Origin: Asterias rubens
Lineage: Eukaryota
NCBI RefSeq assembly: GCF_902459465.1
Contig: NC_047070.1
Coordinates: forward strand, 15,748,001 to 15,812,000
DNA length: 64,000 bases
Direction: 5' to 3'
Below, one piece after another: positions 63,601 to 64,000 of the stretch. The notes below the pieces were generated by a model. It saw nothing but the letters and a program-made list of their open reading frames with translations, searched no databases and had not been told where the DNA came from. Within the stretch, counting starts at the first letter, position 1. Every line of letters begins with the position of its first letter. The position numbers and the translations under genes were made by a program.

Positions 63601-64000
63601 GTCCTTAAGAAAGACCCTTCACTGTAATTGATGAGTATTTAGGCCATCAGCTACGAGTACAAGTGTCTGAGTGTCGAGTTAACAGAAGAAATACTTTTAA
63701 ATTCTTCTTCTAACCAACGATGTCTAGCTTCAGTCAGACAGAAGGCAGGCCAGGAAATTTGTTCTTGAGGAAGCACAGCAGTTTCCTCTAGTAAAGGAAT
63801 ATGAGGAAAATGTAAATTTTGTATTAGAACTTTGCAAATGGCACCACAGCAAAAGCACAGTGCACCATAGCAAGTGGCTGTGGGTAATTAAGAGGCCTAA
63901 GAAGGAATCAATTTTTCAGTCAGGTTAAATAGTAAAGTTGCAAAAATATTTTGTTGTATTTTTAAGGGAGTGCCAAGTCTTCTATGGTCGTTGCCGAAGA
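60700..64000 (+). CDS. ENO4: Enolase 4 (sperm/ciliary enolase-like protein), 5' partial, continues beyond the window
   Basis: Exons 60700-60858, 61513-61641, 62134-62324, 63351-63490 and probably 63967-64000+ join in frame. AVKFYKENGIPERLEEILNSMFYENPPDVYGRL, followed by the enolase N-terminal motif AREVLDSKGQPTVQAEV. Confidence 0.9.
61144..61475 (-). mobile_element. tRNA-derived SINE, near full length, in an ENO4 intron
   Basis: On the minus strand: tRNA-like head with B box GGTTCGATTCCC, central GGTTTTCC...CCGGTTTTCCTCCCC block and (TTA)n tail. Confidence 0.8.
62732..63099. mobile_element. MITE family A-related copy in an ENO4 intron
   Basis: TTAA-AGGGAAGGTACAC...GTGTACCTTTCCT-TTAA; interior similar to 24957-25336. 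Confidence 0.8.

Overview
Eukaryotic, AT-rich genomic DNA from a starfish, very likely Asterias, judged from the NGFFYamide precursor. Five spliced protein-coding genes could be rebuilt by hand with GT-AG introns and consistent phases: the NGFFYamide/neurophysin neuropeptide precursor (+, 30115-33267), a two-NHR plus RING neuralized E3 ligase (NEURL1-like, -, 43279-47408), TEX261 (+, 47931-51714), ANKRD53 (-, 55104-58662) and the 5' part of ENO4 (+, 60700 to the window end). NEURL/TEX261 and ANKRD53/ENO4 are head-to-head pairs; TEX261/ANKRD53 are tail-to-tail. The first ~30 kb has no recognisable coding gene and is filled with MITEs, tRNA-derived SINEs, tandem repeats and orphan promoter-like motifs. 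The two most notable observations are a 464-bp Penelope-like insertion carrying a minimal hammerhead ribozyme in an ANKRD53 intron, and a gene order that, from recall of human gene maps, matches the 10q24-26 (NEURL1, ENO4, NPS) and 2p13 (TEX261, ANKRD53) regions. Homology calls come from recalled family sequences; no database searches were run.
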